64,000 bases of DNA from Haliotis rufescens. Taxonomy: Eukaryota. The stretch lies in NCBI RefSeq assembly GCF_023055435.1, contig NW_025963913.1:62001-126000 (forward strand), given 5' to 3'. The notes under the pieces were generated by a model that made no database searches, had not been told where the DNA came from, and was given only the letters and a program-made list of their open reading frames with translations. Position 1 is the stretch's first letter. Each line of letters opens with the position of its first letter. A program made the translations under genes and the position numbers. Shown here piece by piece: positions 25,535 to 39,472 of the stretch.

Positions 25535-28500
25535 AGTTTTCTCCACCTCTTCAAGTCGTACACACTTTTAGAGTCGTATTTTGCACAATAAAACTGAGAA
25601 CACTTCCAGTGATAGCTCTCAAAATGGCTGACACACAGGAAGGGCTAGCTGTTGTCATGACGCCGCTACTCTAGGCAAAACCACGCATGCGTCGACTTTA
25701 TGCACAACTCGGCACTTCCGTCTGCCTTACATTGTGAATAAAGTTAGATCTACATCAACACTTGGCAGCCATCTATACAGGGTTGAACATGGAGAAGAAA
25801 CGTTGTGAAATGCGAAGGTCATTCCAAGGGAAGCTACTCTAGTAGAGTTTGCTACTTAAAAAGAGTTACCGTGCTTGAATGAGGATTTTATGATCGCTTG
25901 AATGAATCATAAAAAAATACTTCATGTTTGCAATGAGAGTGAGTGAGTGAGTTACTTGTGGGCCACCTGTGACCCCTTTACAATGTTAAAAGAAAATACC
26001 CTGACACTACATCTGTTAAGGTTTAGGCAATTCATTACCATTGTATATAGTTATTAATAAGCAAATTACATGAACATATTATTTTCTCTCAGATTTAGGG
26101 TGTGTTCAAGATTGGAACTGCCACAATGGCTACTACAGGACTCAAACAGGAGTCACCCGGAAATCCTTATCTTATGCACAATAATTCAATAGAAGGGAAG
26201 CCAACTAAGTCACTGTAACATAATTCTTTAACCTTCCCCTGGCAACAATGGTTAGTACAGAAATAAAAATCGCGCCAAGGCAAAGTTGCTCAACAGGAGT
26301 ATTCAAAGTGAGAAAGAAATAGAGGAGGAGGGGTAAAGGGAAGTCCATTGGTAGGACGGAGGTAGGGGCAGGTGGGGGAAATGGGGATTATAAGAGGAGG
26401 ACAGGTGAGGGGGGTTACATTGGTAGGACGGAGGTAGGGGCAGACGGGGAAATGGAGGAGGAGAGGTGAAGGGAAGTACATTGTTAGGACGGGAGTAGGG
26501 GCAGGTGGGGAAATTGGGGACATTGGAGGAGGAGAGGTGAAGGGAAGTACACTCGTAGGCCGGGGCTAGGGGCAGGTTGGGACATGGAGGATAGGTGAAG
26601 GGAAGTACATTGGTGGGTCGGAGGTAGGGGCAGGTGGGGAAATTGAGGACATCGGAGGTGGGGAGGTGAAGGGAAGTACATTGGTAGGTCGGAGGTAGGG
26701 GCAGTCGGAGAAATGGAGGAGGAGAGGTTCAGGGAAGTACATTGCTAGGACGGGGGTAGAGGCAGATCGGGAAATAGAGGACATTGGAGGGGGAGAGGGT
26801 AAGGGAAGTACATTGGTAGGTCGTAGGTTGGGGCAGGTGGGGAAATTGAGGACATCGGAGGTGGAGAGGTGAAGTGAAGTACATTGGTAGGTCGGAGGTA
26901 GGGGCAGTCGGAGAAATGGAGGTGGAGAGGTTCAGGGAAGTTTATTGTTAGGACGGGGGTAGAGGCAGGTGGGGAAATGGAGGACATTGGAGGAGGAGAG
27001 GGTAAGGGAAGTACAATGGTAGGTCTTAGGTTGGGGCAGGTGGGGAAATGGAGGACATTGGAGGAGAGGTGAAGGAAAGTACACTGGTAGGACGGAGGAA
27101 GGGGAAAGTTGGGAAATGGAGATCATTGAAGCAGGAGAGGTGAAGGGAAGCACACTGTTAAGACGGGGTTAGGAGCAGGTGGGGAAATGGAGGACATCGG
27201 AGGAGACAGTAAGGGATGTAATTGGTGTGATGGACGTAGGAGCAAATGGGGGGAAAGGGGGACATGGGAGTATTTGTAGAGAAGGGAAGAGCGGTGGAAG
27301 GCCTGACGTAGGTGCAGGTTGGGAAACATAACGGGGTAGATACGTCACGGAGGGGTTGAGGGAAGTACAGTGGTTGGATGGAAGTAGGAGCAAGTGGGGA
27401 AAGCAGGAGCTGGTTGAGAAATAGGAGACATGGGAGCAGGAGAGGGGAAGAAAAAGAAAAGAAAAGTGGAGGGAAACAAAGGACATGAGCGAAAGAGACA
27501 GGGGAAGGGTTGGATGATACAGAGGCAGGATTAAAGGGGAAATGGAAATTATATAGGAGTAGGACAGGGTAAGGGAAGTTTTATTGGAGAACGGAGGTCG
27601 GGGCTGGCGTGGATATTGGGACATTAGAGTAGGAGAGAGGTGTTGTACTGTAAGGGACCGAAACTGGAGGTAGAAACTGGTCTTGAATTGGTGACATGGG
27701 AGTTGCCAAGGTGAAGGAAACTATTGTGGAAATGGTGGGAAATTAGGGTCATGTGTTATGAGAGAGGATAGGTAGTAAAGTGGGAGGACGAAGATAAGAG
27801 AAATATTGATAGAAATTGAAATTCTGAGGTAGTTTACCATTGTCCAAAGAAGGTAAATGCGCCATCATGATACTGGTTTCTGGTTCATCATTTCATTGCC
27901 TGGTTTGTTTACATGCCACGTGGCATGGCAGGAGTACTGCTGTGTTGTGCCAGGAAACAAAGACATACTTTCTTGTGCAAATTTGGGAGGTACTACCTGT
28001 AGTGCAGGAAATGTTTACCATTTTCGTGAACACCTGGTGTCATCAACTGATTTTCACCCTTCTGTTCATAAACTTTTAATGTCTATTTTGCCTTTACAAG
28101 CAATGGAATCTGCTTATTCAAAGGCAAGGCAAGGACGTTCAATAATTTACAGAAGTGTAAAACCATACTCAATCCTTTAGGTTCTGTGTTACTTTAAGTT
28201 AAAGAAATTAAAAGGTAAATTGTGCTAGGTAATGACATTATTTCCGTCATGTTATATTATAAATTGGTCATAAAACCGTTTCGGATTTCATATGTCAGAA
28301 AAGGAAGTTTCATAGTTTTCATATTTTCATATGACACATTCTCTTAATAGCTAACAGAACGGCTGTGGCAAATACATGAGCTGAAATTAAACTGTCACAA
28401 TGCCACAAGTACATCTGTATGAGGCAAATCTGTGTCCCACCCGTGTATTGCTCGTGAAGAAGTATATGATATGACAAAATACATACTTGCTATATCAATG

Positions 28501-31420
28501 CATGTATCATCAGTGGTCATCAGAGTGACCCATCTTTTGTGTCCAGATCATGAAACATTTACCATTCACCCATGCTTGTCTATTAAAATAAGTTAGTGAC
28601 AATGGCAGCTAGTTGTGAAAAGTGATCTATGGAGGACCAGCTGTGACATGCATATTATATCAACTTATGATCAGTGCTCATGAAAGTAACACCTTTTGGT
28701 TTCCATATTAGAAAACTTTTACCTGTCACCCATTCTTGTCTCAAGAATGTGTAGGTCAAATCAGCTCCTGGCTATGAATATTATATGATGAAGGACCAGC
28801 TGTGACCTGGTTCGTTGTGTGTCATTGTGATTTATCTGGTCCAGACAATGACAATGCTGTTAACTATCTATAATTGGTTACTGAGTCACTTTTGCGATGC
28901 TTAGCAATGTACTTTCACTCAAATTGTTCCTCTACTTTAACAAACCACACAATTCAACTTCAGTTGTTAAAATAAAACATAACTACTACTAAGACTGCAG
29001 AGTGATATTTTATTATGAAACCATTGTTGACATAAGTTAGAAACAAACACATGTTTTTCAGTTACATACTAAATAAACGGCCTCCAACCTCCCCTCACAG
29101 CCGCCCCTTTCCACACCTCACATACACTTACAAAACTGTACAGTGACATGTTTCCACTGTATATTTTTCATTACTTGATAGTAGAGTGAATATTTAGATA
29201 ATTCACAGTGAAAAAAACAGGAAAGAGTAGGACAGTAGAGACAACATTAAGATAAGAGATAATACAAGTCAGGAAACTGTTGTTTAGTAGAGGGAACATT
29301 AAGATAATAGCTAGTACAAGACAGGAAAGAGTAGGATAGTAGAGACAACATTAAGATAATAGCTAGTACAAGACAGGGAAGAGTAGGATAGTAGGGGAAA
29401 CATATAAATGGTTCAAAACACAACGCTGGAGAGACTAGGATAGTAGAGAGTAGGACAGTAAGACAGTACATCGTACAAAACAGGAAGAGAAGGATATCAG
29501 AGACAACATTAAGATATTAGATAGTACAAGACAGGAAACTGTAGTTTAGTAGAGGGAACATTAAGATAATAGCTAGTACAAGACAGGAAAGAGTAGGATA
29601 GTAGGGGAAACATATAGATGGTTCAAAATACAACACTGGAGAGACTAGGATAGTAGAGAGTAGAACAGTAAGACAGTACATCGTACAAAACAGGAAGAGA
29701 AGGATATCAGAGACAACATTAAGATATTAGATAGTACAAGGCAGGAAAGAAGAGGTAGATAGTAGATGGTAGATAGTACAAAGGTGGAGAGAATGGGATA
29801 GTAGAGAGGACATTAAGATAGTAGGTAGCAGAAGGAAGGAAAGAGTATGATAGTAGAGAAAAGAAAATGAAATAGCAGACAGTACAAGTCAGGAGAGAGT
29901 AGGTTAGGAGAAACAATAAGATAGTAGATAGTACAAGACAGGGAGGAGGATAGTAGAGGTAGATACTGATAGTAGATGGTAGATAGTACAAAGGTGGAAA
30001 GAATGGGATAGTAGAGAGGTCCCTACGATAGTAGGTAGTACGAGGAAGGAAAGAGGATGATAGTCATGGTGGTAGAGAGAATAAAATTAAATATAAGACA
30101 GCAAACAACAGGAGAGAGTAGGATAGTAGAGGTAGAAAGTAACTCGTAGATAGTACGAAGGTGGAGGGAATGGAATAGTAGAGAGGATATTGAGATAGTA
30201 GAAGGAAGGAAAGAGGATGATAGTAGGGGAAAAAATTAAATAGCAGACAGTACAAGGCAGTGGAGAGTAGGATAAGAGAGACAACAATAAGATAGTAGAT
30301 AGTACAAGGCAGGAAAGAGTAGGATAATAGAGATAAGAAAATTAAGATAGCAAATAGTACAAGACAGGAGAGAGAGTAGGATAGGAGAGACAACAATAAG
30401 ATAGTAGATAGTACAAGGCAGGAAAGAGTAGGATAATAGAGAGAAGAAAATTAAGATAGCAAATAGTACAAGACAGGAGATAGTAAGATAGTAAGATAGA
30501 GTAAGATAGGATAGTGTAGTGTAGGACTGTATTTAGGCTAGTGTAGGTCAGTTAGGATAGTGAATGACTGGAGAGTGCATATATGTTTGGCAGTACACAG
30601 TAGGGTAGTGTTGGACAGTAACTGAGAGGATAGTGTAGGTCAGTAGAGAGTAGGTTAGTGTAGGCCAATACAGTGCAGTGTAGGAGAGTATCCAGACAGG
30701 AAAGATAGTAGGATAGATTAGGTAAGTATAGAGTAGGGTAGTAGCGTATTACAGTAGAATAGTGTAGGATAGAATAGGATAGTACAGAAGAGGGCAGAGT
30801 ACGTCAGTACATATTCGGGTGGTTTAGGACAGTACAAAGTAAAGAAGAGAATGACAGTGCACGGTAGAGTAGGAGTGAGTGAGTGAGTGTGTATGGTTTT
30901 CCGGAGCTTTCAGAAATATTCCAGCAATATCACGGCGGGGGACAACCAGAAATGGGCTTCAGACACTGTACCCATGTCAGGATTCAAACCCACGTTTTCG
31001 GTGTCACAAGCAAAAGCTTTAACCACTAGGCTACCCGACTGCCCCAGAGTAGTGTAGGAAAGTATGTAGCAGAGTAGTATATGAAAGTACATAGTAGACT
31101 GACTCGAGTAGTGTATCACATTACATGGTAGTGTAGATTAGGCCAGTACATGGTAGGGTAAGGTAGTACAGTACATAGTAGAGTAGCATAGGAGTTGTGT
31201 GTGACAGTGCACGGTAGAGTAGTGTCAGATAGTACATAGAAGAGTAGTGTAGGATAGTACATAGCACAGAAGTGTAGCACAGTAGATGGTAGTGTAGAGC
31301 ACAACAGTACAAAGTAGTACAAAAACAATGACTGTTAGCGAAAGACATGAAAATCATGTATAAACCTCAACCTAACTATACACCAATCTATACCTACCTG
31401 TTCCCTGCCCCTTACACTGT

Positions 31421-33142
31421 TTAGAAAAAGTCCCTGGTGCCAGATGAGAGACTGGAGCTGTACTCAGCCAGGAGAGCTTCCAGGTCCTCAAGAGTGTCCT
31501 GGGGCTCCTCCAGTCTCGCCTGCTTTACAGCTTGGGACACCTCGCTGTTGTCATCTGGGCACTTCCTCTTGTGTGAAGGCAGGGGCTCCTTGCTGGGCTC
31601 AGATGTGGGTTTCCTCTTTTTCCTTAAAATGAGTTTGGTAAGATACAGATATTCCACATCATATTCATCATCAGAGTTTGGCTCACATCTGTCCACTGAC
31701 TTGGCAGAATGTACACTTAATGTTGCAGCAGTGACACCACCTGACTTAGGACTCTCTGGTGCTGAAACAACCTTATCCTTTACATTCTTAACAGGGACAG
31801 GGGATGTCTTGCAACCTGTACTGGGCAAGACAGACTTTGGCTTTAAGTATGCACCATCAGCAGACAACAACTGTTCAGCAAAACTCTTAGGTGAGGCCTT
31901 AATGATACTATTTCTACCCCCAGACTTAGTGATACGGTTCCCCAGGGGTCTGCTCTGGGTTTTGATGTGCTGAGCTCCAAGAGGCTGAGGCACAAAGTAG
32001 GGCTTGCTCTCTGGCTGATGCTTGATCATTTTCTCCTTCAGAATGCGAGGCGTTGGCTGAGGTTTTGGCCTGAACGTGCGGGGCTTCCGTTTGCAGGGCT
32101 TGAGCTCGAGTTTCTGCTTTTGATGGACATTGGGTTTGGGGTTGCTTGTTGTAGGCATGGGAGGAGTTTCAACATGGGCCATAGACTGGGGATGAGGGAC
32201 TGGACTGGGTGGGTCAAGTTGGGGCAGAACACAGGAGAAGGCCTAATGGGCGATACAGTCATTGTATCATTTTTATATTTCATGATTACGTAAGTACAAT
32301 GGAAGTATATCTCTACTATAAAAGCAAGTATAATTATCTTTTGAGTTACGTTTTATAAATCATCAAAAGAACAAGAATACTCCTGCATACCTCTGGTCTT
32401 ATCAGCTCCAGGTCTAGCACTGCACTGGGCAGGCTGACAGGCAGCTGGCAGATAGGCATCATCTCCCTACGTCTATTGCAAGGTGGTGGCTGGACTGCAG
32501 GAGGCAAGGGGATAGCAGTCACAGATGACGGACCTCCAGGCTGAAGGAGTCTTGGCTGTAGGTAACCAGCATCAAGGGAGAGGTTAACAGGATTACCAGC
32601 AGGTATCCAGATAGTGTTGTTATCTATCAGACATCTGGTCCCATCTCCCAACACCACTGTTGGCAGCCCGGGGAGCAAGCGGGTCACAGGCACTGTAACA
32701 GTGAATAGTTTACTAAACTGCCTACAAGATAATTCATCATTTCGTTAATAGTGAAAACCAAATCTAACTGTTCATTAGATTTATGTCTTTTGAAAACAAG
32801 TTCAGCGTGTCTGCAGGAATTTCAAGAAGTCGAAAATGTTGTGTATCATGTTCACGTTTTGTGACAGTACAACTAAAATTCCCTAAAATGTTCAGGTTAC
32901 CAATCACCATCTAAAGTTATTGTGAAACTCTACAATATAACCAACTGGAAATTCCGAAAATTTGAATTGGTTATTGTGCAATTCTGTAATAGAAGACCTT
33001 CATACAGACAATGAAAATTGAATATGCAGTGCGGAAACATCAGCGTTTCATTGTTTGTATTGTAAACACATTAAAACAATCACATGTTGCTTTGTCACTG
33101 GTCAAAATACAAATTTCAAATACCTGTCGTAGTGGGATTCAT
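31421..33142 (-). CDS. Array gene copy 4 (380 aa); complement(join(31421..32242,32391..32692,33124..33142))
   Basis: Same splice sites. Most substituted copy (GGPSS, PPPC, PICQ, KKRK, SHKRK), but the frame is intact. Confidence 0.75.
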
Positions 33143-36100
33143 AGTTTTCTCCACCTCTTCAAGTCGTACACACTTTTAGAGTCGTATTTTGCACAATAAA
33201 ACAGAGAACACTTCCAGTGATAGCTCTCAAAATGGCTGACACACAGGAAGGGCTAGCTGTTGTCATGACGCCGCTACTCTAGGCAAAACCACGCATGCGT
33301 CGACTTTATGCACAACTCGGCACTTCCGTCTGCCTTACATTGTGAATAAAGTTAGATCTACATCAACACTTGGCAGCCATCTATATAGGTTGAACATGGA
33401 GAAGAAACGTTGTGAAATGCGAAGGTCATTCCAAGGGAGGCTACTCTAGTAGAGTTTGCTACTTAAAAAGAGTTACCGTGCTTGAATGAGGATTTTATGA
33501 TCGCTTGAATTAATCATAAAAAAATACTTCATGTTTGCAATGAGAGTGAGTGAGTGAGTTACTTGTGGGCCACCTGTGACCCCTTTACAATGTTAAAAAA
33601 AATACCCTGACACTACATCTGTTAAGGTTTAGGCAATTCATTACCATTGTATATAGTAATTAATAAACAAATTACATGAACATATTATTTTCTCTCAGAT
33701 TTAGTGTGTGTTCAAGATTGGAACTGCCACAATGGCTACTACAGGACTCAAACAGGAGTCACCCGGAAATCCTTATCTTATGCACAATAATTCAATAGAA
33801 GGGAAGCCAATTAGGTCACTGTAACATAATTCTTTAACCTTCCCCTGGCAACAATGGTTAGTACAGAAATAAAAAATCGTGCCAAGGCAAAGTTGCTGAA
33901 CAGGAGTATTCAAAGTGAGAAAGAAATGGAGGAGGAGGGGTAAAGGGAAGTCCATTGGTAGGACGGAGGTAGGGGCAGGTGGGGGAAATGGGGATTATAA
34001 GAGGAGGACTGGTGAGGGGGGTTACATTGGTAGGACGGAGGTAGGGGCAGACGGGGAAATGGAGGAGGAGAGGTGAAGGGAAGTACATTGTTAGGACGGT
34101 AGTAGGGGCAGGTGGGGAAATTGGGGACATTGGAGGAGGAGAGGTGAAGGGAAGTACACTCGTAGGCCGGGGCTAGGGGCAGGTTGGGACATGGAGGATA
34201 GGTGAAGGGAAGTACATTGGTGGGTCGGAGGTAGGGGCAGGTGGGGAAATTGACGACATCGGAGGTGGAGAGGTGAAGGGAAGTACATTGGTAGGTCGGA
34301 GGTAGGGGCAGGTGGGGAAATTGAGGACATCGGAGGTGGAGAGGTGAAGGGAAGTACATTGGTAGGTCGGAGGTAGGGGCAGTCGGAGAAATGGAGGAGG
34401 AGAGGTTCAGGGAAGTACATTGCTAGGACGGGGTAGAGGCAGATCGGGAAATGGAGTACATTGGAAGAGGAGAGGTGAAGGAAAGTACACTGGTAGGACG
34501 GAGGAAGGGGAAAGTTGGGAAATGGAGATCATTGAAGCAGGAGAGGTGAAGGGAAGCACACTGTTAAGACGGGGTTAGGAGCAGGTGGGAAAATGGAGGA
34601 CATCGGAGGAGACAGTAAGGGATGTAATTGGTGTGATGGACGTAGGAGCAAATGGGGGGAAAGGGGGACATGGGAGTATTTGTAGAGAAGGGAAGAGCGG
34701 TGGAAAGCCTGACGTAGGTGCAGGTTAGGAAACATAATGGGGTAGATACGTCACGGAGGGGTTGAGGGAAGTACAGTGGTTGGATGGAGGTAGGAGCAAG
34801 TGGGGAAAGCAGGAGCTGGTTGAGAAGTAGGAGACATGGGAGCAGGAGAGGGAAAGAAAAAGAAAAGAAAAGTGGAGGGAAACAAAGGACATGAGCGAAA
34901 GAGACAGGGGAAGGGTTGGATGATACAGAGGCAGGATTAAAGGGGAAATGGAAATTACATAGGAGTAGGACAGGGTAAGGGAAGTTTTATTGGAGAACGG
35001 AGGTCGGGGCTGGTGTGGAAATTGGGACATTAGAGTAGGAGAGAGGTGTTGTACTGTAAGGGACCGAAACTGGAGGTAGAAACTGGTCTTGAATTGGTGA
35101 CATGGGAGTAGCCAAGGTGAAGGAAACTATTGTGGAAATGGTGGGAAATTAGGGTCATGTGTTATGAGAGAGGATAGGTAGTAAAGTGGGAGGACGAAGA
35201 TAAGAGAAATATTGATAGAAATTGAAATTCTGAGGTAGTTTACCATTGTCCAAAGAAGGTAAATGCGCCATCATGATACTGGTTTCTGGTTCATCATTTC
35301 ATTGTCTGGTTTGTTTACATGCCCCGTGGCATGGCAGGAGTACTGCTGTGTTGTGCCAGGAAACAAAGACATACTTTCTTGTGCAAATCTGGGAGGTTCT
35401 ACCCGTAGTGCAGGAAATGTTTACCATTTTCGTGAACACCTGGTGTCAACAACTGATTTTCACCCTTCTGTTCATAAACTTTTAATGTCTATTTTGCCTT
35501 TACAAGCAATGGAATCTGCTTATTCCAAGGCAAGGCAAGGACGTTCAATAATTTACAGCAGTGTAAAACCAGTGTTAAAGGTTCTGTGTTACTTTCAGTT
35601 AAAGAAATTAAAAGGTAAATTGTGCTAGGTAATGACATTATTTCCGTCATGTTATATTATAAATTGGTCATAAAACCGTTTCGGATTTCATATGTCAGAA
35701 AAGGAAGTTTCATAGTTTTCATATTTTCATATGACACATTCTCTTAATAGCTGAGAGAACGGCTCTGGCAAATACATGAGCTGAAATTAAACTGTCACAA
35801 TGCCACAAGTACATCTACATGAGGCAAATCTGTGTCCCACCCGTGTATTGCTCGTGAAGAAGTATATGATATGACAAAATACATACTTGCTTTATCAATG
35901 CATGTATCATCAGTGGTTACCATTCACCCGTGCTTGTCTATAGAATAAGTTAGTGACAATGGCAGCTAGTTGTGAAAAGTGATCTATGGAGGACCACCTG
36001 TGACATGCATATTATATCAACTTATGATCAGTGCTCATGAAAGTAACACCTTTTGGTTTCCATATTAGAAAACTTTTACCTGTCATCCATTCTTGTCTCA

Positions 36101-39100
36101 AGAATGTGTAGGTCAAATCAGCTCCTGGCTATGAATATTATATGATGAAGGACCACCTCTGACCTGGTTCGTTGTGTGTCATTGTGATTTATCTGGTCCA
36201 GACTGAAATATCTTACATGCCGCCACAATACAGCTGTAAGATTACGAACTACTTCAATCACTCACCCATTGGTTTGTTTACCATAACATGTTCCATGTGT
36301 GTATTGCTGCATTCAGAGAAACAACTGAGGCTATAGAAGTATAATACCGCTGTATCAGGTCTATTGGTTTGGAAAATGATACAGGTACTCACTCACATCT
36401 TACCAAGTATGTTCCACATTTGTTTTACTCGCATCAGAGAAATCCATTCTCACCTTGGCAGTCATACTAAAGCATTTCTGAGCTTTTGTCTGAGAAAATA
36501 CAAAACCTCCGTCTCAATGGACATATCGTATATTGTCCCTTGTCACTATATTGTGACAATATTGCAAGTGTGAAGTAAACGTTTAACTCAATGTCAGACA
36601 CAGTAATTAAAACAATTGCTCACATGTTCTCTTAATATCTGGTGCTAAGTATATGACAAATAATCTAAGTGAAATTAAAATTTGATATTCCCCCTAATAA
36701 AAGCATTTTCAGTCTCGAGTGATGCACAAACATCTCAAAGTAATATATGGTGTGGGTTAAAAGAGTGTGCCAACCCCCATTTGGTATGCTGATGCCCATA
36801 TTTCAATGTTGAAAATTATATTTCGTCCTTTTTTTCTTGCAAGGAGTGACAATTTAATAACAGATTTGTCTCTAAGCTAATGAGCTTACTTGGCCATGCA
36901 TTGTATGTGAAATACCAGTTTAATTTACTTGCATCAGCTATGAACACTGATATTACTCATGAATCACTAATGTGACAACTTATCGTTGCAATTTATGGCT
37001 CTCGTCAGGCATTGTTTGTGCAACAATTAGGATTAAAATCACAGAATATATTGGTGGCTTTTCGTTGAAGATACAAGCTGATACTTCATGACCATTTACA
37101 ACCTTGTTAATTTACAACAGTCATACACACTGAGTGACATCACCAAGACAATGCTGTTAACTATCTATAATTGGTTACTGAGTCACTTTTGCGATGCTTA
37201 GCAATGTACTTTCACTCAAATTGTTCCTCTACTTTAACAAACCACACAACTCAACTTCAGTTGTTAAAATAAAACATAACTACTACTAAGACTGCAAAGT
37301 GATATTTTATTATGAAACCATTGTAGACATTAGTTAGAAACAAACACATGTTTTTCAGTTACATACTAAATAAACGGCCTCCAACCTCCCCTCACAGCCG
37401 CCCCTTTCCACACCTCACATACACTTACAAAACTGTACAGTGACATGTTTCCACTGTATATTTTTCATTACTTGATAGTAGAGTGAATATTTAGATAATT
37501 CACAGTGAAAAAAACAGGAAAGAGTAGGATAGTAGAGACAACATTAAGATAAGAGATAATACAAGTCAGGAAACTGTTGTTTAGTAATGGGAACATTAAG
37601 ATACTAGCTAGTACAAGACAGGAAAGAGTAGGATAGTAGAGACAACATTAAGGTAATAGCTAGTACAAGACAGGGAAGAGTAGGATAGTAGGGGAAACAT
37701 AAAGATGGTTCAAAACACAACGCTGGAGAGACTAGGATAGTAGAGAGTAGAACAGTAAGACAGTACATCGTACAAAACAGGAAGAGAAGGATATCAGAGA
37801 CAACATTAAGATATTAGATAGTACAAGACAGGAAACTGTAGTTTAGTAGAGGGAACATTAAGATAATAGCTAGTACAAGACAGGAAAGAGTAGGATAGTA
37901 GGGGAAACATATAGATGGTTCAAAATACAACACTGGAGAGACTAGGATAGTAGAGAGTAGAACAGTAAGACAGTACATCGTACAAAACAGGAAGAGAAGG
38001 ATATCAGAGACAACATTAAGATATTAGATAGTACAAGGCAGGAAAGTAGAGGTAGATAGTAGATGGTAGATAGTACAAAGGTGGAGAGAATTGGATAGTA
38101 GAGAGGACATTAAGTAGGTAGCAGAAGGAAGGAAAGAGTATGATAGTAGAGAAAAGAAAATGAAATAGCAGACAGTACAAGTCAGGAGAGAGTAGGTTAG
38201 GAGAAACAATAAGATAGTAGATAGTACAAGACAGGGAAGAGGATAGTAGAGGTAGATACTGATAGTAGATGGTAGATAGTACAAAGGTGGAAAGAATGGG
38301 ATAGTAGAGAGGTCCCTACGATAGTAGGTAGTACGAGGAAGGAAAGAGGATGATAGTCATGGTGGTAGAGAGAATAAAATCAAATATAAGACAGCACACA
38401 GGAGGAAGGAGAAAGACAGGAGAGAGAGTAGGATAGGAGAGACAACAATAAGATAGTAGATAGTACAAGGCAGGAAAGAGTAGGATAATAGAGAGAAGAA
38501 AATTAAGATAGCAAATAGTACAAGACAGGAGATAGTAAGATAGTAAGATAGAGTAAGATAGGATAGTGTAGTGTAGGACTGCATTTAGGCTAGTGTAGGT
38601 CAGTTAGGATAGTGAATGACTGGAGAGTGCATATATGTTTGGCAGTACACAGTAGGGTAGTGTTGGACAGTAACTGAGAGGATAGTGTAGGTCAGTAGAG
38701 AGTAGGTTAGTGTAGGCCAATACAGTGCAGTGTAGGAGAGTATCCAGACAGGAAAGATAGTAGGATAGATTAGGTAAGTATAGAGTAGGGTAGTAGCGTA
38801 TTACAGTAGAATAGTGTAGGATAGAATAGGATAGTACAGAAGAGGGCAGAGTACGTCAGTACATGGTTGGGTGGTTTAGGACAGTATAAAGTAAAGAAGA
38901 GAATGACAGTGCACGGTAGAGTAGGAGTGAGTGAGTGAGTGTGTATGGTTTTCCGGAGCTTTCAGAAATATTCCAGCAATATCACGGTGGGAGACAACCA
39001 GAAATGGGCTTCAGACACTGTACCCATGTCAGGATTCAAACCCACGTTTTCGGTGTCACAAGCAAAAGCTTTAACCACTAGGCTACCCGACTGCCCCAGG

Positions 39101-39472
39101 GTAGTGTAGGAAAGTATGTAGCAGAGTAGTATATGAAAGTACATAGTAGACTGACTCGAGTAGTGTATAACATTACATGGTAGTGTAGATTAGGCCAGTA
39201 CATGGTAGGGTAAGGTAGTACAGTACATAGTAGAGTAGCATAGGAGTTGTGTGTGACAGTGCACGGTAGAGTAGTGTCAGATAGTACATAGCAGACTAGT
39301 GTAGGATAGTACATAGCACAGAAGTGTAGCACAGTAGATGGTAGTGTAGAGCACAACAGTACAAAGTAGTACAAAAACAATGACTGTTAGCGAAAGACAT
39401 GAAAACCATGTATAAACCTCAACCTAACTATACACCAATCTATACCTACCTGTTCCCTGCCCCTTACACTGT

